From Ancylonema sp. (taxonomy: Eukaryota): a stretch of 64,000 bases of DNA. The DNA lies in the NCBI GenBank assembly GCA_050230475.1, contig JBFLGF010000128.1:1-64000 (forward strand), written 5' to 3'. Below are positions 26,523 to 39,687 of this stretch, piece by piece; the stretch's first letter is position 1; the number at the start of each line of letters is the position of its first letter. The notes beneath the pieces were generated by a model, which was not told the origin of the DNA, searched no databases, and saw only the letters and a program-made list of their open reading frames with translations. A program made the position numbers and the translations under genes.

Positions 26523-28413
26523 CTACTTGCCCGCAGCTCTGCACCCAAAAAGAAGGAATTGGTGAGTGACGAATTGAAGTAATCAATAAACCCATACAAC
26601 CAAAACGAGGAGGTTGTAAAATACAAATAACAGTGCAAGCCAGACATTGAATGTTATGTTTGGACATGGAGACCTTGCAGTCTTCTGCTAAAATTAGTGG
26701 CTCCATATACTCTATTTGATCCTCGTATCCGATGCACCTAAACTTAGCACAACAGCTCAAACCACCCTCCCAGCGCTCTCTTTTTACTTCATCCCTTTTC
26801 CCCTCTGAACCCGTCCACCCGAGTATGAACTTAAACCAAAACTCAGAAGTCCAATCCCTAGCAATGGCAACTTGTATTAGACGTTCTTGCTTTCGTTGCA
26901 GTCATATTCTTTCAGAATCAGTACAACAGACGAAGTTCGTCCTGAACCACACACGGCCTCGCAGTAAAACTTGCATCCCCGGAATCTAGTGTCTCCCCTT
27001 CGTATTCTCTATCATTCTCCTGTAACCTTCATGACTCCCTTTTTATGCGCCATAGGAACGACTTATTCTTGTCTTCGCAGTGAAAACCATGTCCTTGACA
27101 GAGCTCCCTGCCCAGAAACCCTACTCTGCTTGCCTGCTAGTCCCTGCTCTGCTCTAAAATTTTAACAGGTCCGTTCTTGATTGTCCAAATATTTTAATTG
27201 CAGAACAAGCAAATCTCACGCCTGACCCGCATTCCAAACCCTTCAGTATAAAGTGGCATGGCTGGCCACTAAAAGCTGATGCCCTTATCCGATTATGCTT
27301 ATACCGAACTGCCCTTCAGCCGAATCATACTGTCCTCACATCCTTACCTGATCTTCCTCAGAGTTGCCGTCATGTCTTCACGCTTTCGCTTGGCCCTCAA
27401 GTGCGTCCCAAGCTTCTTCTTGGCAAGTTTGAGCGCGCGCTTATCCTTCCCGACCTTCAACAGCTCCTGAATCCGCTTCTCGTATGGGGCGAAGCCAACC
27501 ACCTCGCGGATGAGCGATCGCACGAACTTCACACGCTTGCCAGCGATCTGACAGCCCCCCAGAGTTCAGCAAGAGTAAGGTTCCGGAATACGGTGACGCG
27601 AAAGCCGCGGATGCCATCTGCTGCCATTTACAATATTCCTACCCATCTTTTTATGGACCACCCATCGAGTAAGGTAGCAATATTCACAGAAAGGAAAAAA
27701 AATGTCGTGGACAAACGGCTGCCAATTAGGATTGTCAGTGCCAAAGGTGCTCCTTCAAGTTCTCAACAAGTTCACCAATAAGTTAATATATGTCGGAAAC
27801 TTCACTGGTATGAAAGTGAAAGCCGCGCGCAGCAAGAGCGACAGCAGAATAAAGGGGAAAGACAGGAAGCTAAGTTGAACCGTTTTTTTTTTTTTTTTTT
27901 TTTTTTTAAATGATAAATTTACTAATTCAATGAACCCAGCCCCTGCCCCCCATTTTTCACGTACTTCCTTCCGTATGCAATGCAAGTCGTGGTAACAGTC
28001 TTCTAACTCTACTCTACTCTCAGAACTTCTTGAGGCTCCAAGCTGCATTCCACCCGCCGCAAGCACCGCGACGCTTCCGACGGAGACCAAAATTACTTAC
28101 TGGCTGAAGTCAGCGACAGAATTAAAAGGAAATACCTGGCGCATAAGGCACCCGCAGTCTAGGTGAAAAGCCTTCCAGACATTCCAGAGAAGTTACCCAG
28201 ATGCTCTCCCAGAGGTTCTGCCAAAGGCGGAAAGAGGACTCTCTAAAGACAGTGCGGATGCCCGGAAAACAGACACCTAGAGCTTAAACCCTGACCCATT
28301 TATTGACCCCAACTCTATCCACTCACCCCCTTCCTCAAAGCAGGTCGCTCCGCCGACTTTTCTCGTCTCGTCACAACATGTCCCTTCCCTGCTCCGATAG
28401 CGATCCCCGACAT
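26523..28413 (-). CDS. RPL36: 60S ribosomal protein L36 (eL36); exons 28413-28327, 27547-27348, 26538-26523 (100 aa)
   Basis: [29 protein letters not shown] | [59 protein letters not shown]...KIR | AAGK*. GT-AG introns keep frame. Confidence 0.96.
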
Positions 28414-28505
28414 GGCTGCTCGTGGGGCCGGAGGCGACAACAATGTGGAGGGCGAACGAAGAGAGACAGATGGTGGCGGAGCCGGAACTCAAATGGTCGA
28501 AAGTT

Positions 28506-28757
28506 TGAGCCCACTCATTACTGTTCGATACAACGAGAAAATATCCTCTTACACGGGTCTTTCCCAATATAACTTGTTCGGTATACAGTACCTTGACATG
28601 ATCCCCCTTGTGATGAGCCCGTGAGTTCTGCGGTCTACGAGCCAGTGAGCCTCCACATGTCCAAAAGGCGGGCTCAGAGTCCGACGAGTTCACAAATCTT
28701 GGATCTCAAGGGCTCATGCCATACTCTTTCGGGCCCGTCTGTACTTTCACGGGCTCA
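28506..28757. promoter_or_regulatory. Cluster of site-II-like GGGCTCA/TGAGCCC motifs upstream of RPL36
   Basis: Five copies (28506, 28614, 28670, 28710, 28751) plus GGGCCC at 28731, within 350 bp of the ATG. Plant ribosomal-protein promoters typically carry site II (TGGGCY) motifs. Confidence 0.45.
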
Positions 28758-29981
28758 ATTTGTGGGAGGCACAGTACCACTTCCATTTTTGCACGTTCCA
28801 GGAAGCCCTCTTGATGCTCTTGATGCTCTTAATTTTGATCCTTTAGGGCACATTCCCGCCATTGTTTTTTCGGGGATATGGGTTGGAATCTCGCTTGACT
28901 CTTTCTTTCGTTTTGAAAGTTGTATATTTTTCAGAGGTACAACAACATGTAGCTCAATTCAAACCAACGAAGAGATTGCCATGGCGGATGAGAGTAGTCC
29001 GTCTTTGATTCAGTAACGTGTTTCGATGCAACAAAAAAACACTATGCTTGAGGTACACCATATGCTACGAAAGTTAGTGATGAAAACTATATGACAACCA
29101 GTTGTCATCTTAATTACGTAACGACGAATATGTAAATTAGTCATTTCTTTTGTGTATTATGTAGGTTTATGTGCGTGTTAGGGTATGTGTGCTAGTGTGT
29201 GTGCGTGTGTGGAAATGCTTCAGTGATACGTTACACGAAAACAAGGTGTTAAAATAGCACAAGTCAAAGTGAGTTAAATTAGCCTTGTTTGAGGGCAACT
29301 TGATCTTGTTGGGGATTTTTCATCGTGTTACGATCGCATTCCCAAACCTATTCACATTTAGTGATTTAACTCAGTGTTCACGATCCGATCGGGAAATTTC
29401 CGATCCCGTGCCGATCCCGATTTGGTCCGATGCGGCGCCGATCCGGATCGGAGATACCAAACACTAGGTGGAACTCCAGAGAAAAAAACGTTACACATGC
29501 ACCCTTTGTGGCGTAACAGCCCCCAAATCCGTTTTTTTTGTTGCTCATTTGTATTGTATTGAGCCCAATGCGATCGAAATATTTCCGATCACGCGCCGAT
29601 CCGGATGAGGTCCGGTCCGGCGCCCATTCGGATCGGGGATCGGAGATCGGGACTCGGGATGGATTCGGACCAACTACAGATTTTGATGCTTAATTCCTAT
29701 CCATAATTGACCGTGTCACACATGAGTGAATATATTTACCTCACCAAGGCCCTTACCTTATGGTATACAATGCATGCTACTTTGCAAACAGGAAAAACGG
29801 GCATCAAATTGTAATAGGAGGAAAATTCCACCACACGACACAAAACACAAGACACAAGATACAATATACAAGACGCAAGTCAAGAATACCAATAGTTATG
29901 TTAACCTTTTTTACTCCCCCATTCCTCACAAATGCATCAAACATTATTTCTACTCCAGCTAAACTACCGCATTGTCGTTAC

Positions 29982-32934
29982 CTAGCCGATCTCAATCCCA
30001 ACTTGATTACCCAACCCACTCCCATCCTCAGATTTCCCACCACCACCTCCCAACCCCTCCTCTTTACTCCCCCCCAACCCCTCCGACCCCTTAGAGGAGA
30101 GTCCGCTTCCATTCCCATTCCCCAACTCCGCCCCCGCCCCCGCCCCCGCCCCCGCTTTCATGTCCTTCAACGTCTTCAGAGCCGCTAGCGTGCTCCGATA
30201 AATGGAGTTCACATGCCCTTTTCTCTTCCCCATCTCGTCCGACTCCTCCTCCTCCCCCTCCTCCTCCTCCTCTTCCTCGTCTTCCCCACACAAAGCATCC
30301 GAACTCTGAGCCGCTGACATGCTGTCCTCCGAAACTTCCTTCTGTAAGAACCAAGCACAACAAGAAAGGGGCGGTTACAGATAACCGCCTTGAGTAACCG
30401 TACGGGTTTCACTCAAGGCCGTTCCCTCAACAAATAGCCACATGAATAGAGTAAAACATGTCTTAACACATACTGTCGGTCCCAGGAACAAATATTAATT
30501 TCGACAGGTTATAAATTAACACGTCAGCTTCTGGGTGATATCCCAAAATCGGGCTGGAGATTTTCGATTGAATAAGAGAGGTTATTGATCAGCACTGTAT
30601 TAATTGATACAGGTTTCACCGTATCTCACCTCCACTACCCCAATGACCTCTAAAGAGAAAAGGGGGACTGACCTCTGCGTCTCTCCCAACCCTTTGCCGC
30701 TTCTTCTGCCCCCCCCCCCCTCCCATCCACAGCCGCCCCTACATGTTTTGCCACCCCTCCCCCTCCTCCCGACCGCACTTCCACCCCTAACTGCCCCCCC
30801 CCCCCCCCGCCGCCTCCCCCGCCCCTCGCCAGCCGCAGCATCCGCGGAGGCCTGCCCCTCTGATCCGGGGAAGGGGGGGGGGGGTAGGACCAGTTCCAGG
30901 ACCTTTTCGCACTGTGCAATGAGTTTGGTGAGCATGTCGGTAGTGGTGAAGGGCTGGTTAGAGACGGTGCGGATGAAGGGGGCGCGGAGGTTGGTCAGCA
31001 TGCGCTTGTCGTACTTCTTCAGAATCTTCAGCAGGCCTGGGGAGACGAGGGGCGGGTTCGGGTTCAGGTTTGGGTTCGGGTTCAGGTTCGAGTTCAGGTT
31101 CAGTGTCGGGTTCAGATTCAGGTTCAGGTCCCAACACTCTCTTTTGATAAACGGCATGGGCATGGGCATTTGGTTGTTGAAAATCGGTGTGCTTCATTAC
31201 TTATCATTATGCTGTTCTGCGTTTTGGGTTCGGGCGGATCACAATGCAGAAAAAAAAAAAACTCCCACGCTATCTGTCTCCAACTTTACCTCCAAAACAC
31301 GAACCTAGACCTTCACACCTCCCTCTCCCTCCTCCCTCCCTCCTCCCTCCTTCCCATTCTTACCTTCCACTGCCTCTACCCCTACCCCCACCCCCAATCG
31401 CCCGCTCCCCAACCCCCCCCCCTACCCCCCCCCCGGCAGTCCCCCCTCACCCATGAAGTTGAGTGATGAGTAGTTGAGCAGCAGCACCATCTCCCCGTGG
31501 AAGCCCACAATGTCCCGCCGCAGGGCCATGACCTCGGGGGGGCAGGCCGACCCCCAGAGCAACCTGCTGGGCTCACTCACGCAGCTCATGCGCTCCTTGA
31601 GGCACTGAGCGGACAGGGAGGGGGACAGGTGGACAGCCGGGGGAGGGGGGAGGGGGGAGGGGGGAAAGGGTGGGTACCTTCCTTGTTTTTGGAAGACGAG
31701 TAGCTGTGGTATCTATTCCAGGAACACGGGAGGTATCTCATAACCGTCACTCACACGGTTCACCAAACGCATGCAGCTGTGAGCCACACACTGACCCCCG
31801 AAGGAAAACAAATGTATCTCAGTGTAGATAAACAGCGGTCGGCTGAATAGTCATCAGCGGTCTTCTCAGACAGAAAAAATCCCTATACCCTTGAACCTAT
31901 AAATACCGGGCTTTGGAAAGAGACTGTAAGAGGAAGGCCGCACAGATATGCGAGGTGAAGGCGTCCAGGTTAGTTGACATGTGTATTTCTTCCGAACCAA
32001 AAGCAGGACAGACAGCTATACGCTTCGGCGCCAGGTACGCCCGACGACCGTTGTATCGAACAGGGCCAACCAGTACCACGTCCCGCTCAGCCTCCTCACC
32101 CTCTGGGGGAAAGTGGCACCTAGTCTACCCTCCCATTCACACTGTCGCTCTGTTTCAGTATTATAACGGTATTATATTCCAAACCGTACCTACGATGCTG
32201 ACACGGTCTGCGGTTACGGTTCCGGTATTAGTATCCATACTTAGAACTCAAAAAAAAAACCAGACCAGAGCTGTTGGGACTTTGCAAGCTACTGCCACCT
32301 GGCGCGGTCACACTGCCACCTGCACACCTACCTCCCATCCATCATATGCCGAGAGCTAGCTAGCTAGCTTGCCAGCTTGCCAGAATAATCGGTTGAAATA
32401 GCGAACATATCCCTCGGGATATCGACATCTTACCTCCAACTTTATCACGTAGTCCTCTACTTTCTCCATAAAAAACTCGTTGAACTTCTCCAGCTCGCCG
32501 TTTAATAACCGTATGAACTCCCTCTGCTCTTCTGCAGAAATATGCCTGCTACTCGCTCCCGCCCCACGCACTTCCTCCCTTCGAGCAGGAACCTTTCCGT
32601 CTAGTTTAACCCCACCGGTACCCAAGTCTTCGAGGCTATCATCGCTATCTTCCTCGGGAACTGCTTGCACCACATTCACCTTCCCTTCCGGCTCTGACGC
32701 TTTCATAACCGCCTCGCCCTGAATCCCGAGATTTGCGCCATTTCCTGTCCGACTATCCGGGTCAGTAGTGTTGGTAGCTGGATGTGAGCCAGGCTCCGCT
32801 TCGTGTGTGCCGTTGACAGGTGGCGCGGCCAGGGTCTTTAGCCTCTTCTTCAGCTCCTTGTACGACAAGAATTTATTGCGCCACTCTGGCAACGTGTCTT
32901 CGATTTGAACGCGGAGACGCTTTCCAAATTTCAT
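29982..32934 (-). CDS. SPX: SPX-domain-only protein (phosphate signalling); exons approx. 32934-32434, 31604-31451, 31036-~30673, ~30342-29982
   Basis: MKFGKRL...[74 protein letters not shown]...PFI...[10 protein letters not shown]-terminal [15 protein letters not shown]. Exon 3/4 boundaries are uncertain because of homopolymer runs. Confidence 0.93.
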
Positions 32935-33596
32935 GGCTGCAGTGCGTCTACGGTCTGGAGTGCGTTTACCGTATGAGGGTTCCCTCAAGCGCAATTTTTC
33001 AGCTGAGAAGAAGTATCGAATGCTCAAGATTGAAAAGCTGTGAAGACGGACTGGAAAGGTATCCTGGGCGAGGGATCGACGGATTCCACGTGGATTCTGC
33101 GAAGATTCTCTCAGAATAATTTCTGCGCCTTTCGACCTTTCAGTTGAACTTGCGGAGTGCGACTCTATTATTGCGGCGTACAAATTCGGCGCACTGAGGT
33201 ACTGATTTTTCGATTTCCTATGCACAACTGTGCAGCAAGATCCAACGGCGTGAGACCAATTCACAGCTGAATGCCACAAATGAACGGCTATGAGCGCCAA
33301 TCGGATATGTATGCACGTGGTATAGCCGTGGCCGTGGCCGTTAAAGTCACCAAAGATTCCTAAGTTCGTGGCTGTAATCTCTGATTGGGCGTCAAAATTA
33401 AATTGACAATTCAAAAATCAACAATCAGTGAGCGAATCCCTGCAGGCCACGATGGCTGACAAGCTCGTCGTCTTCCTTCAAATTCATGCCATCTATTATT
33501 GCTATTGATGGGGCGTTGACAGGGGGGGTTTAAAGGCTTTCGCCAACCCTCATATCAGCGCTCTTTTTCCCAGCTTCAGCACGAGAAGATCGTAGA

Positions 33597-33608
33597 AGCC
33601 ACGTGGCT
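33597..33608. promoter_or_regulatory. Palindromic G-box (AGCCACGTGGCT) in the divergent SPX/DnaJ intergenic region
   Basis: Perfect 12-bp palindrome with a CACGTG core. A second CACGTG lies at ~33314. Confidence 0.35.
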
Positions 33609-33720
33609 ACACTGCAAGACGTAGCAAACAAATTTGCCACCAAATAAAAATACAAAAACACATACAAATGCATATATAAATACAGATAAAAATACACCAA
33701 AAAAAAAAAAAAAAAAAAAA

Positions 33721-33758
<38 letters not shown>

Positions 33759-33866
33759 CATCGCGAAGGGCGACAAAATTCTTGAGTCGAACGAATAACC
33801 AGGCAGACGCTACTGCAGCCGACGCTCGGCTGCTCTACGTGGCGGTGGAGGCCGTGGCTCAGCTGA

Positions 33867-36800
33867 ATGGCGCTAACAAGCTGTGCAATCACGTGGACCA
33901 ACTTTTCATTGCCAGGATTCCGTCTTCCGACCGCAGGCGGGAGGTGGAAACATCGCGATTCGGAGGCGTCTTGCGCGCCCCGTTCATCCCTTGGTAGTTC
34001 CCCAAATCAGATCAAGGGTTGGGAATCAGAATTTACTGGTAGCAGAAGGAGAACCGGGGGAGGCGGTGGAGGTGGGGGTTGGGGTAAGGGGCAAGGGGGT
34101 GGCGGGGGGCGGCGAAAGGGAGGATTTGCAGTAGCCATGGCGGTCGATTATTATACGACACTTGGAGTTGGCAAGAGCGCTTCGAAGCAGGAAATCAAAA
34201 GTGCCTACAGGAAGCTAGCTCGCCAGGTATCATTTATCGAGGGGCTCTAGGACCAATTTCGATTTCAAATCTCTCTATGCGCCTTCTGGAACTCGCTTTT
34301 GATGCATATAGAAATCAAGAGACTGAAACCTACCCACAGAAGCTTCCGACCACCTACTGAAAAGTCCCTCGCTTTGGTCCACGGCTCTGACATTCTGTTT
34401 CTTTTCGGTGGGGCTGTGTGGTTTTTGTGGCTTCTTTGGGGTTCCAGTACCATCCAGATGTGAATAAGGCGGCAGGAGCCGAAGACAAATTCAAGGAAAT
34501 CAGCAATGCCTATGAAGTAAGTCTGCTGCTCACGGGGAGAGGAGTGTGGGCGGAGGGGGTTGGTTAAGGAAGGTATTGGCACTACCTCGAGTTGGGGTTT
34601 AAAGATCTCGATACCAAATACATTCCCTACCCCTTCGTGGGGTTACAGTTGGGACCTCCTAGTAGTAGTGGATAGATAGAGCAGTAAGCTGCTGGATAGT
34701 GCAGAAATTCTAAGGGTTTAGTTGTTGCGAGTTCTGAAAGTTCTCGGTGTGAAGACGGGCAAGGGTAGAGGGGCTGGCTTGCAGTGAACCACATACCTTA
34801 AACCTCATACCTTCCCCCCATCCCACAAAGCGAATGTCAAGGAACCATTCACAAGGCCCACAGTTTACAGACAGAGTCCGGGGGTTAGGGAGTCCAGGGT
34901 CCGTTCCAGGGTTCACGGCCACTGGAATTTTTTTTGGAAAGGATACTGCCCTTCCACCAACCTGAACGTCGGAAACTTTAACCCCGTTGACGATTTACCG
35001 TAGGATTCACCGTTGTTAATAGTTCATATTATAGTGAATGTAATAGTTGATATTTAACGCCTCCCCAGCAGTCACTTCACCTGATTTTGACCGTGGTTCA
35101 GCTTCTGCTTCAGGTGTAGTTGAAGTTCACGTTCTTAGGTCCTCTTGGCCCTCTCCATCCAAACCTGAACCTTAACTTAAACCTAAACCTAGACCTAAAC
35201 CTAAATCGAACCCGAACCTGAAGCATCAACCCAAATCCAAACCTGAACCTAAACCTGAACCCGAAGCTACACCTAAAACCAAACCCGAACCAGAACCCGA
35301 CCCTACATCTGGCCTCGTTCCGGCGACATGAGTCACCTGTGTAATAAAATGAGGCAGCAAGTAGTGGTAAGTGATGTTGGAAGTGATGTAGGGCAATCAA
35401 TCCCCGCGAGTCGATCAGGATACACCTTCCTGTGAACCCTGAACCCTAAACCCTAAACCACGAACTCTTAACCCTGAACCCTGAACCCTAAACCCTGAAC
35501 CCCTAAACCCTGAACTCTAAAGTCGGGCGCAGGTTCTGTCCGACGACCAGAAGCGTCCTCTGTACGATCAGTACGGCGAGGCTGGGGTGAGGGCGGGCGG
35601 GGCAGGCATGGGAGGAGGAGGGGGACAGGCGTACGCGGTAAACAACCAACCATGGACAAAATCACTTCCAAGGCCCTGCCTGGTCACTCATGGGGGGCCG
35701 TGGAGGGGGGGTGCGGGTGGGGATGTGGTTGGAGTCTCAGACAAACCCCTTTGATCTTTTCGAGACCTTCTTCGGAGCGAGCGTGGGCGGCACAGGGACG
35801 AGAAGAGCAGGACCCGCAGTGGGGGAAGACATCAAGTGAGGAAACCCCTCCCCCTCATCAGGACCTCGCAATCAGCACCCCCTCTATCAACCCCAACCCC
35901 CGACCCATAATCCCCGACCCCCGACCCCCAACCCCCAACCCTCAACCCCTGACCCCGACCCCTACCCCGCCCCGTGTGCAGATACACTCTGTCTCTGGAT
36001 CTGGTGGAGGCTGTTTTCGGCGTGGATCGCAGTCTGGACATCTCCCACCTCGAGCAGTGCGGGGTGTGTGGGGGGAGTGGGGCCCGCGCCGGCACCCAGA
36101 GGAAGCAGTGCCCCACCTGCAGGGGGATGGGGCAGGTCATGGCGGCGAGGCAGACGCCGTTCGGGACCTTCTCACAGGTGGGGGGCTTTTCCTGGGTTTT
36201 TCTAATGGGTTTTTCTTGGGTTTTTTCTGGGTTTTTGGGTTATTTTCCCAAAACCCGAAAAAAAACCCGAAAAAACCCCAGAAAACCCAAGCAATCCTAA
36301 TCTTTAGTATCGAATGATTCATCTATACATTACACTGCATCTGAAAACACCTAGGTGACTACGAAAAGGCCCGGGCAATCAATTTCTCTTCGCCCAATAC
36401 TTCCTGAACCCAAACTTGGTCCCCTCAACGGCGTCTCCGCATCACCCTACAGTCACCCATTTTTTCCTCTCCAAAACCGTCCCTCCCCCCCCCCGCAGGT
36501 TACCACCTGTGTCCAGTGCAGCGGGGAGGGTGAGATTGTGAGCGAGTACAGTCGTAAGTGTGGAGGGGAGGGGAGGGTCCGCGTGAAGAAGCAGGTCTCG
36601 CTGCAAGTGCCGCCGGGAGTGAAGACGGGGAGCACGCTGAGATTGAGGGGGGATGGGGACGCGGGGTTGAGAGGGTGAGGGGGGGACGAGAAAGGGGTTG
36701 CGCAGTCGTCGACGGTTTGTATCTATCGGTCATTCGTTTGTTTGTTTGTTTGTTTGTTTGTTTGTTTGTTTGTTTGTTTGTTTGTTTGTTTGTTTGTTTG

Positions 36801-39687
36801 TTTTCTCTTCAACGTGTCTTTGAATATCTTACTCATTCATTTGATTTCCCATCCAATTTGTATATGGGTCATTCTAATCTCCAGATTGAAGTGACACACA
36901 CATACATGTAAGAAGACCAAAAAAAGCCCGGAAATTAGTACTTCTAAAACAACGATGTCATTTGTATATACATTTCGATGTGAATTTCAACCCCCTAGAG
37001 AGCCAAAAAAAAAGTTTCCCACATCGACCACATCTCACATCTCACATCAAATAGTTTCTTATATCGAGGTTCCCCTGCACTTAATTATATCAAATAGTTT
37101 CTTATATCGAGGTTCCCCTGCACTTAATCATATCAAATAGTTTCTTATATCGAGGTTCCCCTGCACTTTATCATATCAAATAGTTTCTTATATCGAGGTT
37201 CCCCTGCACTTAATCACATCAAATAGTTTCTCATATTGAGGTTCTCCTGCGCTTTCTTTTGGTTTTGGGCGGTCAAGCAGGGGCCCCTCAGGTGACCTCT
37301 ACGTGGTCCTCACTGTGAAAGAGGACCCAGACATTGCTAGAGACGAGCTCAACCTGCGCTCCAAACTCACGGTGGACTACACAGACGCAATACTGGGGAG
37401 TGTGGCAACGGTAAACCACAGGGGGGGGGAACCGCGGGTAACTCAGTCTAGATAGTTTGGCAGGGTGGCAGGAACCTGATCAACAATCATCAATCGTTTC
37501 ATATGGTTATGAATGGTTACAAATGGTTAAAAATGGTCATTGTGTGTTTAAAATGGTCATGAATGGTTGTAAATGGTTGTAAATGGTTACGAATGGTTAT
37601 AAATGGCTACAGATGGTTATAAATGGTTATGAGTGGATGTAAGTGGTTGTAAATGGTTATGCATAGTTACACATGGTTATAAGTGGATGGTAATAAATGG
37701 TTATAAATGGATGTTAATGGTTATACTTGGTTATCAATGGTTACCAATGGTTGGTGTGGGGTTCAGGTGCGAACCGTGGAGGGGTCGATGGAGATGCAGG
37801 TGCCAGCTGGCACGCAGCCAGGCGACCAGCTGGTGCTGACTAGGATGGGGGTGCCGCGACTGAACAAGCCGACCCTGAGGGGGGACCACATCTTCACCGT
37901 GGCTGTCACCATACCCAGCAAACTCAGGTGAAATCTCAGGAGAAAAACACAGCAGAGTCAGTACCTCTTGAATCCGGACCCTGGCTGTGAAGCCTTGATT
38001 TCGAAACTGCCAATCTCAAATTTTGAAACTCTGGTTTTTTTTCCCCGAACCCTTGACCCCAAAGATTTAAGGTTCAGTTCAGAGCTTAAATCTTTGAACC
38101 TCAGACCCCGAACTCCAAATTCCTGAACCGAATATTCCAAACCATGAAACCAATTCCTGAACTAGAACCGAGGACCCTGAAACCCCAAGTCCTGAGCCTG
38201 ACACCATAGTGGGTCGCGCTCCGCTCGCGGAATTTGCGAGCCTGGCTCCGAGCCGGCGCGCGTCCGCGAGCCGCCTGGCAAAAACGAAACATCGAAATGC
38301 GACTAAGTAAAAACCCTTCTATGCGAAGCAGGTAGTTACTGGTTACCGGAACTTCGGGCAGTGCGTCAGGAACATAGTAACCATATTCTGAAGGTTACCG
38401 TGTCCGTTTGATCCGGTTTTATTTTTAGCGAATCTAAAAGATCTTCTGACATTACGGGAATCGTACGACATCTGGGGGAGGGACGGGGCACTGAACAACG
38501 CTCAGCCGTCAGATGCGGGATTTCTTCCAAAAATTGATAGATTCTGTAGCGCAAACGACAAACTGAATCTATGATAGTTACACATTACGAAGGACACACA
38601 TTATGAAGGAATGGGAGGACAACGATGGTACGGAAAATACGATGAACGGGGGGGCTACCATTTTTTGTTTTTGTTTTTTCCTGTGGGCCCCGCTCCGCTC
38701 GCGGATTTTGCGAGCCCGGCTCCGAGCCGGCGCGCATATTTTCGGGCTCGGGGACCCACTATGCCTGACGCCTCAAACATTAAACCCTGAACTTTACATC
38801 TCAGACCTTAAACCCAAAACCTTACACCTTACACCTTAAACCTTAAACCCTAACCCTCGACCCTGACCTGCCTTTGGTTCCAGTGACACGGAGCGCGCCC
38901 TGGTCCAAGAGCTGGCGCAGATCCGAAAGGAGGGGAAGGCAAAGAAGAGGAATCCGTTCACCGCATCCTGTGAGACCACCCCCCCACACATCCAGGGAGT
39001 GCCACGTGGCAGAATCTGAGTGGTGGGTTTGTGTGTGTGTGGGGGGGGTGGGGGGGTTGGCACTGCAGGGGGTAGTGGGGAGAAAGGGTCCCCCTCCACC
39101 ACGCCCACTTCTGCCACGCGGACTTCTTCCGGGGGGTCCCCTTCTGCCGGGTTAGGGGGGGAGGAGGGGAGGGAGGTTGGGGGGGTGAAGGAGGAGGAAG
39201 GTTCCAGGAAGGAGGGGGAGGAGAAGTCGGTGTTGGGAGCTGTCAAGGATCTGGCTGGGTGAGGGGGGGCTGGGGGAGGGGTGGGGGGGTGTGGGGGGTG
39301 TGGGGGTGATGGAAACAACGATTGCTATTGGAGAATTCTATTGGTGGCCGATGGAGAGTAGATATGTGGGAGATGTTATAACGAACTTGTGGGTGTAGCA
39401 AGCAACAAGAGAATGCAAACGGGAGGCATGGGTTTGGGCAGAAGATGTTTGGGTCGTTAACATGGTGGTAACCATTTTTGTAAAATTGTAGGTGGAGTGG
39501 GGGGGGGTGGTCTAATGAGAATAGGAGGGTGCATCTTAGGGGAGATGCGGTGCATGGACTTTATATATCACATATTCCGGAATGGCTGGAAACGTTCGGA
39601 TAGATGCCTAACGTTGCAATGGTTTGTTGTGATTGGTTCAGAGCTGCCGCCTCAAGTGCCTTCCAATGGCTGAAGAGGAATCTTTGA
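33867..39687 (+). CDS. dnaJ: Plastid-targeted type-A DnaJ (Hsp40); 10 exons approx. 33867-34226, 34448-34516, 35533-35637, 35741-35835, 35982-36177, 36499-36674, 37281-37410, 37767-37927, 38884-39258, 39642-39687
   Basis: Transit-peptide-like N-terminus. J domain DYYTTLGV...[18 protein letters not shown] (HPD motif), G/F region, CxxCxGxG repeats, C-terminal [22 protein letters not shown], and a plant plastid DjA-like end [10 protein letters not shown]. Confidence 0.94.
35157..35520 (+). repeat. Intronic AAACCT/GAACCT hexamer array (35157-35300) and degenerate telomere-like (A/G)AACCCT heptamer array (35433-35520)
   Basis: Directly visible. Similar arrays at 38780-38870 and, on the minus strand, 31050-31130. 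Confidence 0.85.
37046..37251. repeat. Tandem array of a 43-bp unit, ~4.8 copies
   Basis: atcaaatagtttcttatatcgaggttcccctgcac starts at 37046, 37089, 37132, 37175 and 37218. Confidence 0.95.
37500..37755. repeat. Degenerate 10-bp tandem repeat (AAATGGTTAT)
   Basis: Directly visible in DnaJ intron 7. Confidence 0.9.
38205..38763. mobile_element. hAT-like MITE in DnaJ intron 8
   Basis: TIR CATAGTGGGTC...GACCCACTATG. 8-bp TSD cctgacac / cctgacgc (7/8). Internal ~50-bp direct repeat cgctccgctcgcgga...gagccggcgcgc near both ends. Confidence 0.8.

Noticed and set aside
26539..28326. Intronic snoRNAs in RPL36
   Set aside because: No convincing C/D or H/ACA box pair with a terminal stem was found by eye.
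32935..33414. N-terminal extension of the 352-aa ORF upstream of the SPX Met
   Set aside because: It starts at a non-ATG codon, and SPX proteins begin at MKFGK. This is probably open 5' UTR.
32935..33860. P1BS (GNATATNC) phosphate-response element upstream of SPX
   Set aside because: Only near-matches were seen (e.g. GGATATGT ~33303), with no exact site by eye.
37046..37251. CRISPR-like regular repeat (also considered for 40640-40970)
   Set aside because: The units are contiguous with no unique spacers, the context is eukaryotic, and there are no cas genes.
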